Under the pieces are notes generated by a model that did not search any database, was not told the DNA's origin, and saw only the letters and a program-made list of their open reading frames with translations. The position numbers and the translations under genes are program-made. 64,000 nt of DNA from an uncultured Poribacteria bacterium. Lineage in GTDB: Bacteria; Poribacteria; WGA-4E; WGA-3G. This document shows, one piece after another, positions 29,609 to 38,752 of the stretch (positions are counted from its first letter, which is position 1; each line of letters opens with the position of its first letter). The stretch spans positions 2,976,001-3,040,000 of the forward strand of contig OX638351.1 in the NCBI GenBank assembly GCA_951813565.1. Direction: 5' to 3'.

Positions 29609-30238
29609 TTAATCCTTGAGTTAGTAGGTTGCGTAGAGTTTGCGAAACCCAACATTTAGTTAGTCCGTTTGTAGTCGCGCAATTCATTGCGCCTCTTATC
29701 TTCCTGTAGGAGCGAGCTCCAGCTCGCGACCTGACCCAAAATGTCGAGAAAAACGCAAAAACTGAATGGTTCTGATTGTCTTCCCTGAGATTTGCCTTTC
29801 ACACCTCCTTGTGCTATATTAATCCTTGAGTTAGTAGGCTGCGTAGAGTTTGCGAAACCCAACATTTAGTTAGTCCGTTTGTAGTCGCGCAATTCATTGC
29901 GCCTCTTATCTTCCTGTAGGAGCGAGCTCCAGCTCGCGACCTGACCCAAAATGTCGAGAAAAACGCAAAAACTGAATGGTTCTGATTGTCTTCCCTGAGA
30001 TTTGCCTTTCACACCTCCTTGTGCTATATTAATCCTTGAGTTAGTAGGCTGCGTAGAGTTTGCGAAACCCAACATTTAGTTAGTCCGTTTGTAGTCGCGC
30101 AATTCATTGCGCCTCTTATCTTCCTGTAGGAGCGAGCTCCAGCTCGCGACCTGACCCAAAATGTCGAGAAAAACGCAAAAACTGAATGGTTCTGATTGTC
30201 TTCCCTGAGATTTGCCTTTCACACCTCCTTGTGCTATA
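29609..30238. repeat. 210-bp tandem repeat x3
   Basis: Units start near 29611, 29821 and 30031 and are almost identical; each holds three REP hairpins and a promoter-like motif. Confidence 0.95.
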
Positions 30239-30240
30239 AT
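30212..30240 (+). promoter_or_regulatory. sigma70 promoter of the glycosyltransferase operon
   Basis: TTGCCT-N17-TATAAT with extended TG. Confidence 0.65.
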
Positions 30241-30276
30241 AGATTTTAGCATTACTTTACTGCTAAGGGAAACACT

Positions 30277-31359
30277 ATGCTACATCGTGGTTCAAAAAAC
30301 GGAGAGATACTCCCCGACATTGAAAAGATTCTCATCATCCGCGCGGATGGTATTGGCGACTTGTTGAACTCAACACCAGCGATCGCATTGTTACGGGAGA
30401 ACTACCCATCAGCAGAAATTACGGTGTTAGCACGCCCACTCAATGCGCCGGTGCTACTCGGAAATCCTGATGTTGACAAAGTAATCGTGTTTGACAAGCA
30501 GGGAGAACACCGTCAATTGTTGGCGCAACTCCAATTCTACCGCGCCCTACGCCGTGAACAGTTTCATCTCGTTGTTGCGATGCAGACCGCTACGTGGCCA
30601 CATCTCATTGCTTTTCTTTCCGGTGCCCCCTATCGCTTAGGTCGCTATCAGAAACGGTTCAAATCTACACTCACGCATGCGTGGCACGGCAAGTATCAAA
30701 AAGGCGAAATCCACGAAGTTGATAGAAACTTGGAATTAGTACAATTAATCTGCCAAGGTGAAGGTACACGACAACTTGTTTTCAACCTGTTACCCGATGA
30801 GATTGCGAATGCTAAAGCACGGCTTACGCCTTTAGGTGTTGCGCATAATACTTATCTAATCGGTATTCATCCTGGCGGCAGTTCTTATGATAAAAGGTGG
30901 CCCGAGAAGCAGTATGCTGAACTTGCCGACAGGTTCGTTAACCATTACAATGCGACAATACTGCTTTTACGCGGTCCTGATGAGGCACAACTAACGCACA
31001 ACATTCAAGAAGCAATGCAGTCCGATGCTATCGCGTACGCGCCAAAGACAATCCGAGAATTGGGAGTACTGCTTTCAAGCTGTGACTTAGTGGTGTGTAA
31101 TGATTCTGGTCCGATGCACCTCGCTGCAGCATTGGACGTGCCAACGATAGCGATTTTCGGTCCCACCGACCATGTTGCGTGGCGTCCGATGAGTGAAAAC
31201 GCATCTGTCGTGCGGCGAGATATGCCGTGCTGGCCCTGTAGCGCACACAAGTGCAAAATCGGATGGGAATGCACCAAAAAACTCCCCATCGAGATGGTCT
31301 GGGAATCCATAACCTCTGGTATAGAAGCAACTTCTTTCAGAGGTAGGCGTGCTTTGTAA
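30277..31359 (+). CDS. GT9 heptosyltransferase-like glycosyltransferase
   Basis: DGIGDLL, HPGG..KRWP, NDSGPMHLAAA, IFGPT. Confidence 0.9.
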   Translation: MLHRGSKNGEILPDIEKILIIRADGIGDLLNSTPAIALLRENYPSAEITVLARPLNAPVLLGNPDVDKVIVFDKQGEHRQLLAQLQFYRALRREQFHLVVAMQTATWPHLIAFLSGAPYRLGRYQKRFKSTLTHAWHGKYQKGEIHEVDRNLELVQLICQGEGTRQLVFNLLPDEIANAKARLTPLGVAHNTYLIGIHPGGSSYDKRWPEKQYAELADRFVNHYNATILLLRGPDEAQLTHNIQEAMQSDAIAYAPKTIRELGVLLSSCDLVVCNDSGPMHLAAALDVPTIAIFGPTDHVAWRPMSENASVVRRDMPCWPCSAHKCKIGWECTKKLPIEMVWESITSGIEATSFRGRRAL

Positions 31360-31389
31360 GCGCGCCTATAAAATAGTACGGAATGCAAA

Positions 31390-32634
31390 ATGAAGATTGT
31401 CATTGCCGCTTGGGGAACAACGGGAGACGTTTATCCGGTTTTAGCACTCGCTGAACGTTTGCTCAAAAGAAAACATCATGTGCGTGTCTGTGCACCATCC
31501 ATCTATAAAGACAAAATTCTTGACATCGGTGCGGACTTCTATGAAGTAGGAGTCACTTTTGAGTTAGCAGAATTTCACCAAACGATGGATACTGTCATGG
31601 CAATGCGCGACCCTATGGCGCCATTGCTGCTCATCGCGAAGGAGGGAATTCTGCGCCGTGGCGAAAAGTGGTATACCGATTGTCTTGCAGCGATGAAAGG
31701 ATATGATTTAGCTATATGCCATTCCATAGACATCCCAGGACAAGAGGCAGCTATCCGAAACGGGCTGCCATGGCTGACTGTGACGTATTGTCCAGGCTTC
31801 ATTAAAATACCTGATAACGCGCCGTACCCGTTTCCGAATTGGGGGAGAACGTTCAACTCTCTCGTGTGGAGCTTGGTCCGACTTCGCCTCCGATACGCTG
31901 TTGACCCGCTTTTTAATCAATTCATCACATCTGTTAGTGGAAAACCGAGAGCAACGGTGGCATTAGATGAAATGTATTCGCCGCATCTGAACCTCATCGC
32001 GGCTTCCCCTACGCTCTGTCCGTCAGCTAATTTTCCCCTGAACCACAGGTTTACAGGTGTATGGCATCTCGCGCAGCCAAACTACATTCCGCCCTCTGAA
32101 CTCACAGATTTTTTAGCAGACGGACCGCCACCTATCGTTATTACTTTCGGGTCTATGGGTGGAAGCAAAGGGCGTGAAACAACAGAAATTTTAATTGATG
32201 CTGTCAAAATGACAAACCAACGTGCAATCATTCAAGCAGGGTGGGGACTTTTAGGCGATCAGGATACTGGAGAGGACATCTTTTGCACAGCGTATGTACC
32301 GCATCAATGGCTGTTTCCAAAAGTGAGTTGCGTTGTGCATCACGGTGGCGCAGGGACTACTGCCTCGGTATGTCGTGCGAAAGTTCCGTCTGTCGTAGTG
32401 CCACACATCGCAGATCAACTCTATTGGGGCAAGCTACTCTTTGATTTGGGCGTTGCACCGAAAAGTCTACATCGCCGTAATCTTACCGCGAAACGTTTAG
32501 CAGAACGGATTGAGCAAGTGATGGCAACACCTTCAATGACAGAAAAGGTAAAGACCTTAGGCACACAGATGGAATCTGAAGATGGGTTGACGACAGCGGT
32601 TAATCTGATTGAATCCTTTCCCTTATCTGAATAA
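31390..32634 (+). CDS. GT1 glycosyltransferase (sterol glucosyltransferase-like)
   Basis: GTTGDVYP, TFGSM, HHGGAGTT, DQLYWG. Confidence 0.88.
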   Translation: MKIVIAAWGTTGDVYPVLALAERLLKRKHHVRVCAPSIYKDKILDIGADFYEVGVTFELAEFHQTMDTVMAMRDPMAPLLLIAKEGILRRGEKWYTDCLAAMKGYDLAICHSIDIPGQEAAIRNGLPWLTVTYCPGFIKIPDNAPYPFPNWGRTFNSLVWSLVRLRLRYAVDPLFNQFITSVSGKPRATVALDEMYSPHLNLIAASPTLCPSANFPLNHRFTGVWHLAQPNYIPPSELTDFLADGPPPIVITFGSMGGSKGRETTEILIDAVKMTNQRAIIQAGWGLLGDQDTGEDIFCTAYVPHQWLFPKVSCVVHHGGAGTTASVCRAKVPSVVVPHIADQLYWGKLLFDLGVAPKSLHRRNLTAKRLAERIEQVMATPSMTEKVKTLGTQMESEDGLTTAVNLIESFPLSE

Positions 32635-32729
32635 CCCAAGTTGCTACCTATAAAATTTTAGACACACAGACGCCATTTTTAATAGAGAACAGTTCGTTAT
32701 TGGTGAAATATTGTAGCGCAAACTTAGGT
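32634..32729. mobile_element. MITE of the ACCCAAGTTGCTAC family (degenerate)
   Basis: Ends match 34607-34758; no TSD visible. Confidence 0.55.
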
Positions 32730-32735
32730 TAAAAA

Positions 32736-33713
32736 ATGAAAAAAATCCTTGTCTTCAGTTTCAGTTTCATTGGTGATGCAGTGCTATCTACCGCAGTTAT
32801 CCAACCGCTACGAGCACACTTTCCAAATGCCCATATCACCTTTCTCGTCGGACCCAGCGCGTTTAACATTCTTGCCAACGACCCACAACTTGATTTTACC
32901 CTTGTATATGACAACCGAGGCGAACACGCTGGGTTGAAAGGGCGGATGAAACTTATAAATTCTTTACGCCGTGAGAAATTTGACCTCGTTGTCAATCTGC
33001 GGGATAGTTTCATTGCGCGCTGTGTCGGCGCGGAACATTGGGGTTTGGTGCGTGGGGATAGGGAACGGCATGCTGTTACCCGATATCTGGAAGTCCTAAG
33101 TAAGCAAGGCGTTGACACAACAGATGCACAACCCCATTTACAGTTGACTGAAACAGAACAAGCGACAGCACACCGTCTTCTTGCCGAAGCAGGATTTACG
33201 TCAGGACAGTTATTAATTGGAATTCATCCAGGTGGAAATTGGGAATACAAACTGTGGAGTGCAGAGAAATACGCGCAACTTGCAACTGCTTTATCAAAAG
33301 AAAAAAACGCTACTATTTTGCTTTTCGCAGGACCAAATGAACGCAAACTACAAGCGCAAGTTGCAGATATGATGAACACAACTCCTATCCTCGTCAAAAC
33401 GGGAAATTTGCGTGAAGTCGCAGCATTGATCACAGCGTGTGATGTCTACATCGGCAACGACACAGGTCCGATGCACATTGCTGCTGCTGTCCAAACACCT
33501 GTGATCGCGCTTTTCGGTTCAACGAATCATATTCGGAGCGGTCCCTATGGTGATAAGCATGTAGTTGTGCAAAGTGGAATAGATTTGGGGTGCCATCCGT
33601 GTCATCCAGGGCGGCGTCCTGGCGGGTGCGGTGCGGGTAGTTGCGCTGTAATTGATGGGATTACGGTGGAACAGGTGTTGGAAACTGTATCACTTCTGCA
33701 ATTAACAAAATAA
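32736..33713 (+). CDS. GT9 heptosyltransferase II-like glycosyltransferase
   Basis: FIGDAVL, HPGG...KLW, NDTGPMHIAAA, LFGST. Confidence 0.9.
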   Translation: MKKILVFSFSFIGDAVLSTAVIQPLRAHFPNAHITFLVGPSAFNILANDPQLDFTLVYDNRGEHAGLKGRMKLINSLRREKFDLVVNLRDSFIARCVGAEHWGLVRGDRERHAVTRYLEVLSKQGVDTTDAQPHLQLTETEQATAHRLLAEAGFTSGQLLIGIHPGGNWEYKLWSAEKYAQLATALSKEKNATILLFAGPNERKLQAQVADMMNTTPILVKTGNLREVAALITACDVYIGNDTGPMHIAAAVQTPVIALFGSTNHIRSGPYGDKHVVVQSGIDLGCHPCHPGRRPGGCGAGSCAVIDGITVEQVLETVSLLQLTK

Positions 33714-33769
33714 CCTTGTGGCGACCTTAATCAATGTCTGTTAATTTTTTCCACGCTTTACCTATTTTT

Positions 33770-33915
33770 CACCTGTTTCTGGATTCTTTTGTCACTATCA
33801 CATTAACTTTATCTTGTGCGACAGTTTGCACGTCAATATTACCAAGCGCCGTATCGATTGTTAAACGTCCACCTGAATTCACATCAAAAATCTTTTCAAT
33901 CCTGGTCGAGCTTGA
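33770..33915 (-). pseudogene. Fragment resembling a DUF4097 beta-strand-repeat protein
   Basis: Manual translation RIEKIFDVNSGGRLTIDTALGNIDVQTVAQDKVNVIVTK; no start codon, abuts a MITE cluster. Confidence 0.45.
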
Positions 33916-34228
33916 TCTCCGCTGATCTGATATCTTTTAGACGCGGAGAATTAACTATAGTGAACTTTGAAATTATTGGGACACTTTGGTAAACTTGTCT
34001 TGGAAAGAAAGATAATGGACAATAGAAGTTGTAGCACAAACTTTTAGTTTGTGCCTTATGAGACGCAAACTAAAAGTTTGCGCTACAGAAGTGTCCCATT
34101 ATAGTGGATTCTACAATTAACTGGACATCTGAGTTGTCCGAGGGAACTCCGATTCCCGACTATTAGTGGTTTCGTCGCGATTCGGAGATCGCTCCTACAG
34201 AATATATGTGAACTTATTTACATAATTT

Positions 34229-34590
34229 ACGAGTTGTGCTAAATAACTATTTGTAAAATATTGTTTCACAATTACATGCCGTTTTGTTAGTTTTTATCAT
34301 TAGTTGATTCCTTCTTCAGTCCCGTGAATCAACGCCAAATACACGTTTGGTATTTGGCGGGGACGATATGTTTATAGAAAAACGTTGAACACCCTATCTT
34401 TAGTCCCGACAAATGCCATACGGGGAATGCCAAAAGGCATTCATACCCGGTGAATGACTAAATGTCATTCATACCGTTGATTTCTTGATTTGGCGCATTT
34501 GGCGTTGATTTGGTAGGGACGATATGTGTATAACATGAGTTCAATATGTGTGAAAAGAATACAAACAAATAGTTAACTAACACAAGTCGT
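34229..34590. mobile_element. MITE with nested REP/AATCAAC inserts
   Basis: ACGAGTTGTGCTAAATAACTATTTG / CAAATAGTTAACTAACACAAGTCGT, 7-bp TSD ATAATTT. Confidence 0.8.
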
Positions 34591-34606
34591 ATAATTTACT
34601 ATAATT

Positions 34607-34758
34607 ACCCAAGTTGCTACCTATATCGCGAATGCTCTTGTAGGAGGGGTTTCTAACCCCGATTTAGAAAAGAAAGCATAAGAATTAGCTGGAAATCCTT
34701 GTTTTTCAGTAAAAAGCAATGTCTGCAAGCTTGAAATCTTGTCCGTAGCAACTTAGGT
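34607..34758. mobile_element. MITE of the ACCCAAGTTGCTAC family
   Basis: ACCCAAGTTGCTAC / GTAGCAACTTAGGT, 7-bp TSD TATAATT. Confidence 0.8.
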
Positions 34759-34775
34759 TATAATTATAGGTTTTA

Positions 34776-35543
34776 TTATAAATCACTATCAGGATTTTCT
34801 AATAGATTTTTTAGAACATTTGAAGATACTGCAAAAGCACTACCACCGATATTGATTTTCGAATCATTAATAGTAATACCACCGACTTTTGTTGAATTGA
34901 TTGAAACATTACTACCGTTCTTTCCAAAGGAGATAGATATGTTTCCATCATCGTAATTGAATTTACTACTTAATTCCGACAAAAGCATAGAAACTCCTAT
35001 GACTTCACCTTTGCTATTGAGTAAGGGACCGCCTCTATTCTTCTGAGAAATCTGATTTGAAACCCGAATATACTTGCCGTTTTTTGAGTTGCCTTTTACA
35101 GTGCCTTTTACCAACTTAGGTTTTGAAGGATCGCTGAGAGTATAAACTGTTCCGCTATGTTGAGTTTTATTGCTAATAGATAATGGTTTGACACCAGGAA
35201 TTGAGACATCTAAAAAAGCCAAATGGTCTGTTTTATTGGGTACTAATATGCTATCAACAAAATATCTTGTTCTTTTTCTAACAAATTTGACATAGATTTC
35301 AGCACCTTTTGGTACCGGGGTAAAATCTTTGAGGTTGGAGAGTTGGGTTACTACCTGATTGTGGGATACGAAGAATCCCAATCCTCGTGAAACTGTTTTA
35401 CCTTGAGCATCATCTATTTCTATTACAACAATAGAATTTAGCGCATCTTTTACAGCACTGGGTGTGTATTGTGCAGATGCAGTTATAGCTATGCTGGATA
35501 GAAAAAATAACAAAACTGTGATGGAAAATAAAATGCTTTTCAT
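34776..35543 (-). CDS. Secreted trypsin-like (S1C) domain protein, probably inactive
   Basis: GLGFFV, VVTQLSNL (no His), NRGGPLLN..GEVIGV (no Ser). Confidence 0.7.
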   Translation of the reverse strand: MKSILFSITVLLFFLSSIAITASAQYTPSAVKDALNSIVVIEIDDAQGKTVSRGLGFFVSHNQVVTQLSNLKDFTPVPKGAEIYVKFVRKRTRYFVDSILVPNKTDHLAFLDVSIPGVKPLSISNKTQHSGTVYTLSDPSKPKLVKGTVKGNSKNGKYIRVSNQISQKNRGGPLLNSKGEVIGVSMLLSELSSKFNYDDGNISISFGKNGSNVSINSTKVGGITINDSKINIGGSAFAVSSNVLKNLLENPDSDL

Positions 35544-35606
35544 ATCAAAACTCCTTTTTTATAAAGTTATTTTTTCCATTGCAAACGCAGACTATTCAGC
35601 ACAACA

Positions 35607-37253
35607 TTAAAAAGCATTCGCAACAATAACTAAATCTTGGATATTTACAACGCCATCGCCGTTTAGGTCGGGTTCTGCCTCGCCAAATGCATTTGCCACG
35701 ACGACTAAATCCAAGATATTGGTTTCGCCATCGCCGTTGACATCTGCATCGTATCGTAAGTCTGTGAGATTCAGAGCGGCAAGTGGACTAAAATCTGTTG
35801 CCGGATTGTTATTAATCCACAACGTTTCCAAATTCGTAAGTCCAGTAAGCGGACTGAAATCCTCTATATGGTTACGTGTCAAATGCAAAACACGCAGATT
35901 TTTCAGGCTCTCCAACGGAGTAATATCCGAAATGCCATTACGCTCCAAGGAAAGTTCCTCTAAGTGGATAAGGCCCGCTAATGGACTGATGTCAAGATCT
36001 GTCACCGGATCAGTCTCATTTGTAGGTGTATGCCAAACGTGTAATTGGACGAGATTTATCAAGTTTGCGAGCGGACGTAGGTCTGTTATCCTGTTCCTAC
36101 CGCCAAGATGTAGTATCTTTAGGTTCGTGGCATGTTCTAACCCTGTGATATCAACAATGCCTCTGTGGTTTGCCTGTAATACCAGATTAACTTGATTCCA
36201 ATCTATCGGTGCGGTGAATCAACGCCAAATAAGCGTTTGGCGGGAACGACATAGCACTATACACATTTCGCCCCGCTGGGGCTCAAAAAAGCTTCTTAAC
36301 CGTTTTCTATACACATTTCGCCCCGCTGGGGCTCAACACAACTACAAGCGCGGACTCATTTCCTTAAATTGACTTCTATGGTGTGGTGAATCAACGCCAA
36401 ATAAGTGTTTGGTATTTGTTGGGAAACCGCACCTACCACCCGAAAAATAAGATAATTTCCGTTAATTTGATATAAGCGCGTCAACACCAGCATCTTGTCT
36501 TTTGTCAACGGGACATCTGCTGGCAATCCTAATTCTTCCAGAACCGCTGCTCGCAAAGCAGCATCCGGCATCCATTCCGATGCCGCTTGTGGGTCCACTG
36601 TCGTAAAGTCTAACACTTCAACAGCACCAACACTGTTAGTGCTGGCTTCTTGTTTGAGGTACATCTCACCATCTAAATCAGGAACGATATGTGTTGCGCT
36701 TGTAATACCACTTGCGACACCGGTGGCTTGTATCGGCAGCTGAATCTTTTGCGCCTTTCCACTACGGTTATAGACTGCCCAGCCGTTTGTAAACTCCCGG
36801 ATAAAAAGTCCTTCTCGATTTTCATAAAGTTGTGCCTTCTCCCCGACAGGTTTGCCGAGATCTGCATCCCAAAAATCATACCAAATATGAGCATGGTGCG
36901 GTAGGCCGTAGTCGACATCTGTTAATCCCATATTGTAAAGCACATATCCGTCCGAATGGGTTAGACCTAATGTCGTAATTAATCGCATGTTTCGTAGGTT
37001 TTCGGTGCTGTCCGGTGGCTGTGTGCCGATTCCAAATCCTTCCAAACTATTGATCTGTGGTGCTCGTAGATTTTCTTCGCACCAATGCAGTGTATTTTCA
37101 ATTTCCTGCAAACCTTTATAATTGTATCCTCCCGGATAATCTTTCAGAGTTTCCATATAGGAACCGTTTAAATATTGGGTGTACGCTGTAGGTTTCGTCC
37201 GATTCGTATTTGCTATAAATAAAAAATCATTGTGTACCCGAGAACGTACTTCA
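35607..37253 (-). pseudogene. Leucine-rich-repeat + dockerin-like protein, 5'-truncated by IS982 and split by a MITE
   Basis: WMPDAALRAAV LRR cap, LRR units, DVNGDG; removing 36180-36472 plus one TAA restores LTRL-QANHRGIVDITGLEHATNL. Confidence 0.85.
36180..36472. mobile_element. 293-bp MITE with TAA duplication
   Basis: TACCAGATTAAC / GTTAATTTGATA ends, TAA on both sides. Confidence 0.8.
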
Positions 37254-37328
37254 ACGTGAGTTTGATAATTAAAAACTGGTAAATAGAGAACCCCTTTGTT
37301 ATTATGAAGTATACCAAATACTTACATA

Positions 37329-37489
37329 ACGTGAGTTTGATAATTAACTGAACAGGCAAAAATTGAACAGAGAACGGGCATATTTGCTGAAAAAATCGTT
37401 ATTTTGGTGTTTTTAACCCCCTAAATCCCCCTTATCAGAGAGACTTTAAGAGGAAATGTGGAAGTTCTAACTATTTATCAAACTCACGT
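37329..37489. mobile_element. IS982-type MITE nested in the IS982 leader
   Basis: Same IRs, 6-bp TSD TACATA. Confidence 0.88.
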
Positions 37490-37507
37490 TACATAAGGAG
37501 TTCTCTG

Positions 37508-38413
37508 ATGGATATCATAACACTTTTCTGTAAAATTGACGACTTTTTTCTTTTGTATGAACAATATCAAGCACAACACCAGTTGCCAGAAATATCCGGA
37601 ACAAGCAATACCCGTGGCAGACTTAGGTGTCTTCATCCGAGCGAAGTTATGACAATACTTATTTATTTTCATCAACATAAGTGTAAAAACTTCAAAAGCT
37701 ATTATCAAGAGCATGTCTGTGGCAACCTCCGTTGGGCGTTTCCAAACCTTGTCAGCTATAGTCAGTTTGTGCAGCTTGCCCAAGAGGTTTTGATGCCGTT
37801 GTCTATTCTTCTAAACACCCGTTTCGGTGAATGTAATGGGACTTCCTTCATTGACTCAACGCCACTTCCAGTTTGCCATAATCGTCGGATTTCAGCGCAT
37901 CGTGTCTTCGCTGATGGGGCAGAACGATCCAAAACCTCTATGGGATGGTTCTACGGGTTCAAACTGCATCTCGTCATCAACGATCAAGGTGAGTTGTTGT
38001 CTGCTATGGTGACACCCGGAAACACAGATGACCGGAAACCTGTGCCACAGTTGACCAAAGGGCTATTTGGCAAACTTTATGCCGATAAAGGGTATATCAA
38101 CAAAAAGCTGCGGGATAAACTGCGGGAAGGGGGTGTGTCACTTGTTTACAAAGTGCGCAAGAACATGAAACCCGAACCCTTATCTGATGCTGACGCAGAA
38201 CTCCTGAAAAAACGGATGCTCATTGAGCCGGTGAATAAAGAACTCAAAACTCAGACAGAGATCCAACACACACGGCATAGAAGTTATGCTAACTTCCAAG
38301 TCAATACAGTTGCTGCCTTGATCGCTTATACCTATTTGAAGAAAAAACCCTCACTCAAACGCAAAGAACTCAAGGATATTAATTATCCGTTTCCAATGAC
38401 ATGTAACAACTAA
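37508..38413 (+). CDS. IS982-family transposase
   Basis: FIDSTPLPVC, GWFYGFKLHL, YADKGY, HTRHRS. Confidence 0.92.
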   Translation: MDIITLFCKIDDFFLLYEQYQAQHQLPEISGTSNTRGRLRCLHPSEVMTILIYFHQHKCKNFKSYYQEHVCGNLRWAFPNLVSYSQFVQLAQEVLMPLSILLNTRFGECNGTSFIDSTPLPVCHNRRISAHRVFADGAERSKTSMGWFYGFKLHLVINDQGELLSAMVTPGNTDDRKPVPQLTKGLFGKLYADKGYINKKLRDKLREGGVSLVYKVRKNMKPEPLSDADAELLKKRMLIEPVNKELKTQTEIQHTRHRSYANFQVNTVAALIAYTYLKKKPSLKRKELKDINYPFPMTCNN

Positions 38414-38691
38414 AACTATTTATCAAACTCACGTTAATTTAAAGTTGAGTTTCACTCATTTTCCTGTTATTTCGGCATCAAATGGAGAAAAAATCTCTCT
38501 TTTATGTCCGATTTTTTGTTTATTCCGTTCTACCCAACGGACAGTGGTTATTGAATTTTATTATCAAACTCACGTTAATATAGTAAATCCATAATCATTT
38601 ATACACTACGGTAGGTTCGGTTTCCTAACCGAACCGTGTTATTCAGCCAATAGATGCGGTTAGGAAACCGAACCTACCAGAATGTTAAAAC

Positions 38692-38722
38692 AAAAATAGG
38701 ACAGGTTTTAAACCCGTCCTAT
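38692..38722 (-). terminator. Intrinsic terminator
   Basis: ATAGGACGGGTTT/AAACCTGTCCTAT plus T-run, downstream of the stop at 38753. Confidence 0.6.
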
Positions 38723-38752
38723 AAAATAGAATAGTCCGTTACAATCGTAGTG

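Larger units (their letters stand above)
37254..38434 (+). mobile_element. IS982-family insertion sequence
   Basis: IRs ACGTGAGTTTGATAA; extra right end at ~38561-38575; no TSD. Confidence 0.85.

Noticed and set aside
29609..30238. Possible CRISPR array, or the 69-aa minus-strand ORFs 29656-29865 and 29866-30075
   Set aside because: Units are identical throughout with no unique spacers and no cas genes; the ORFs are translations of REP sequence
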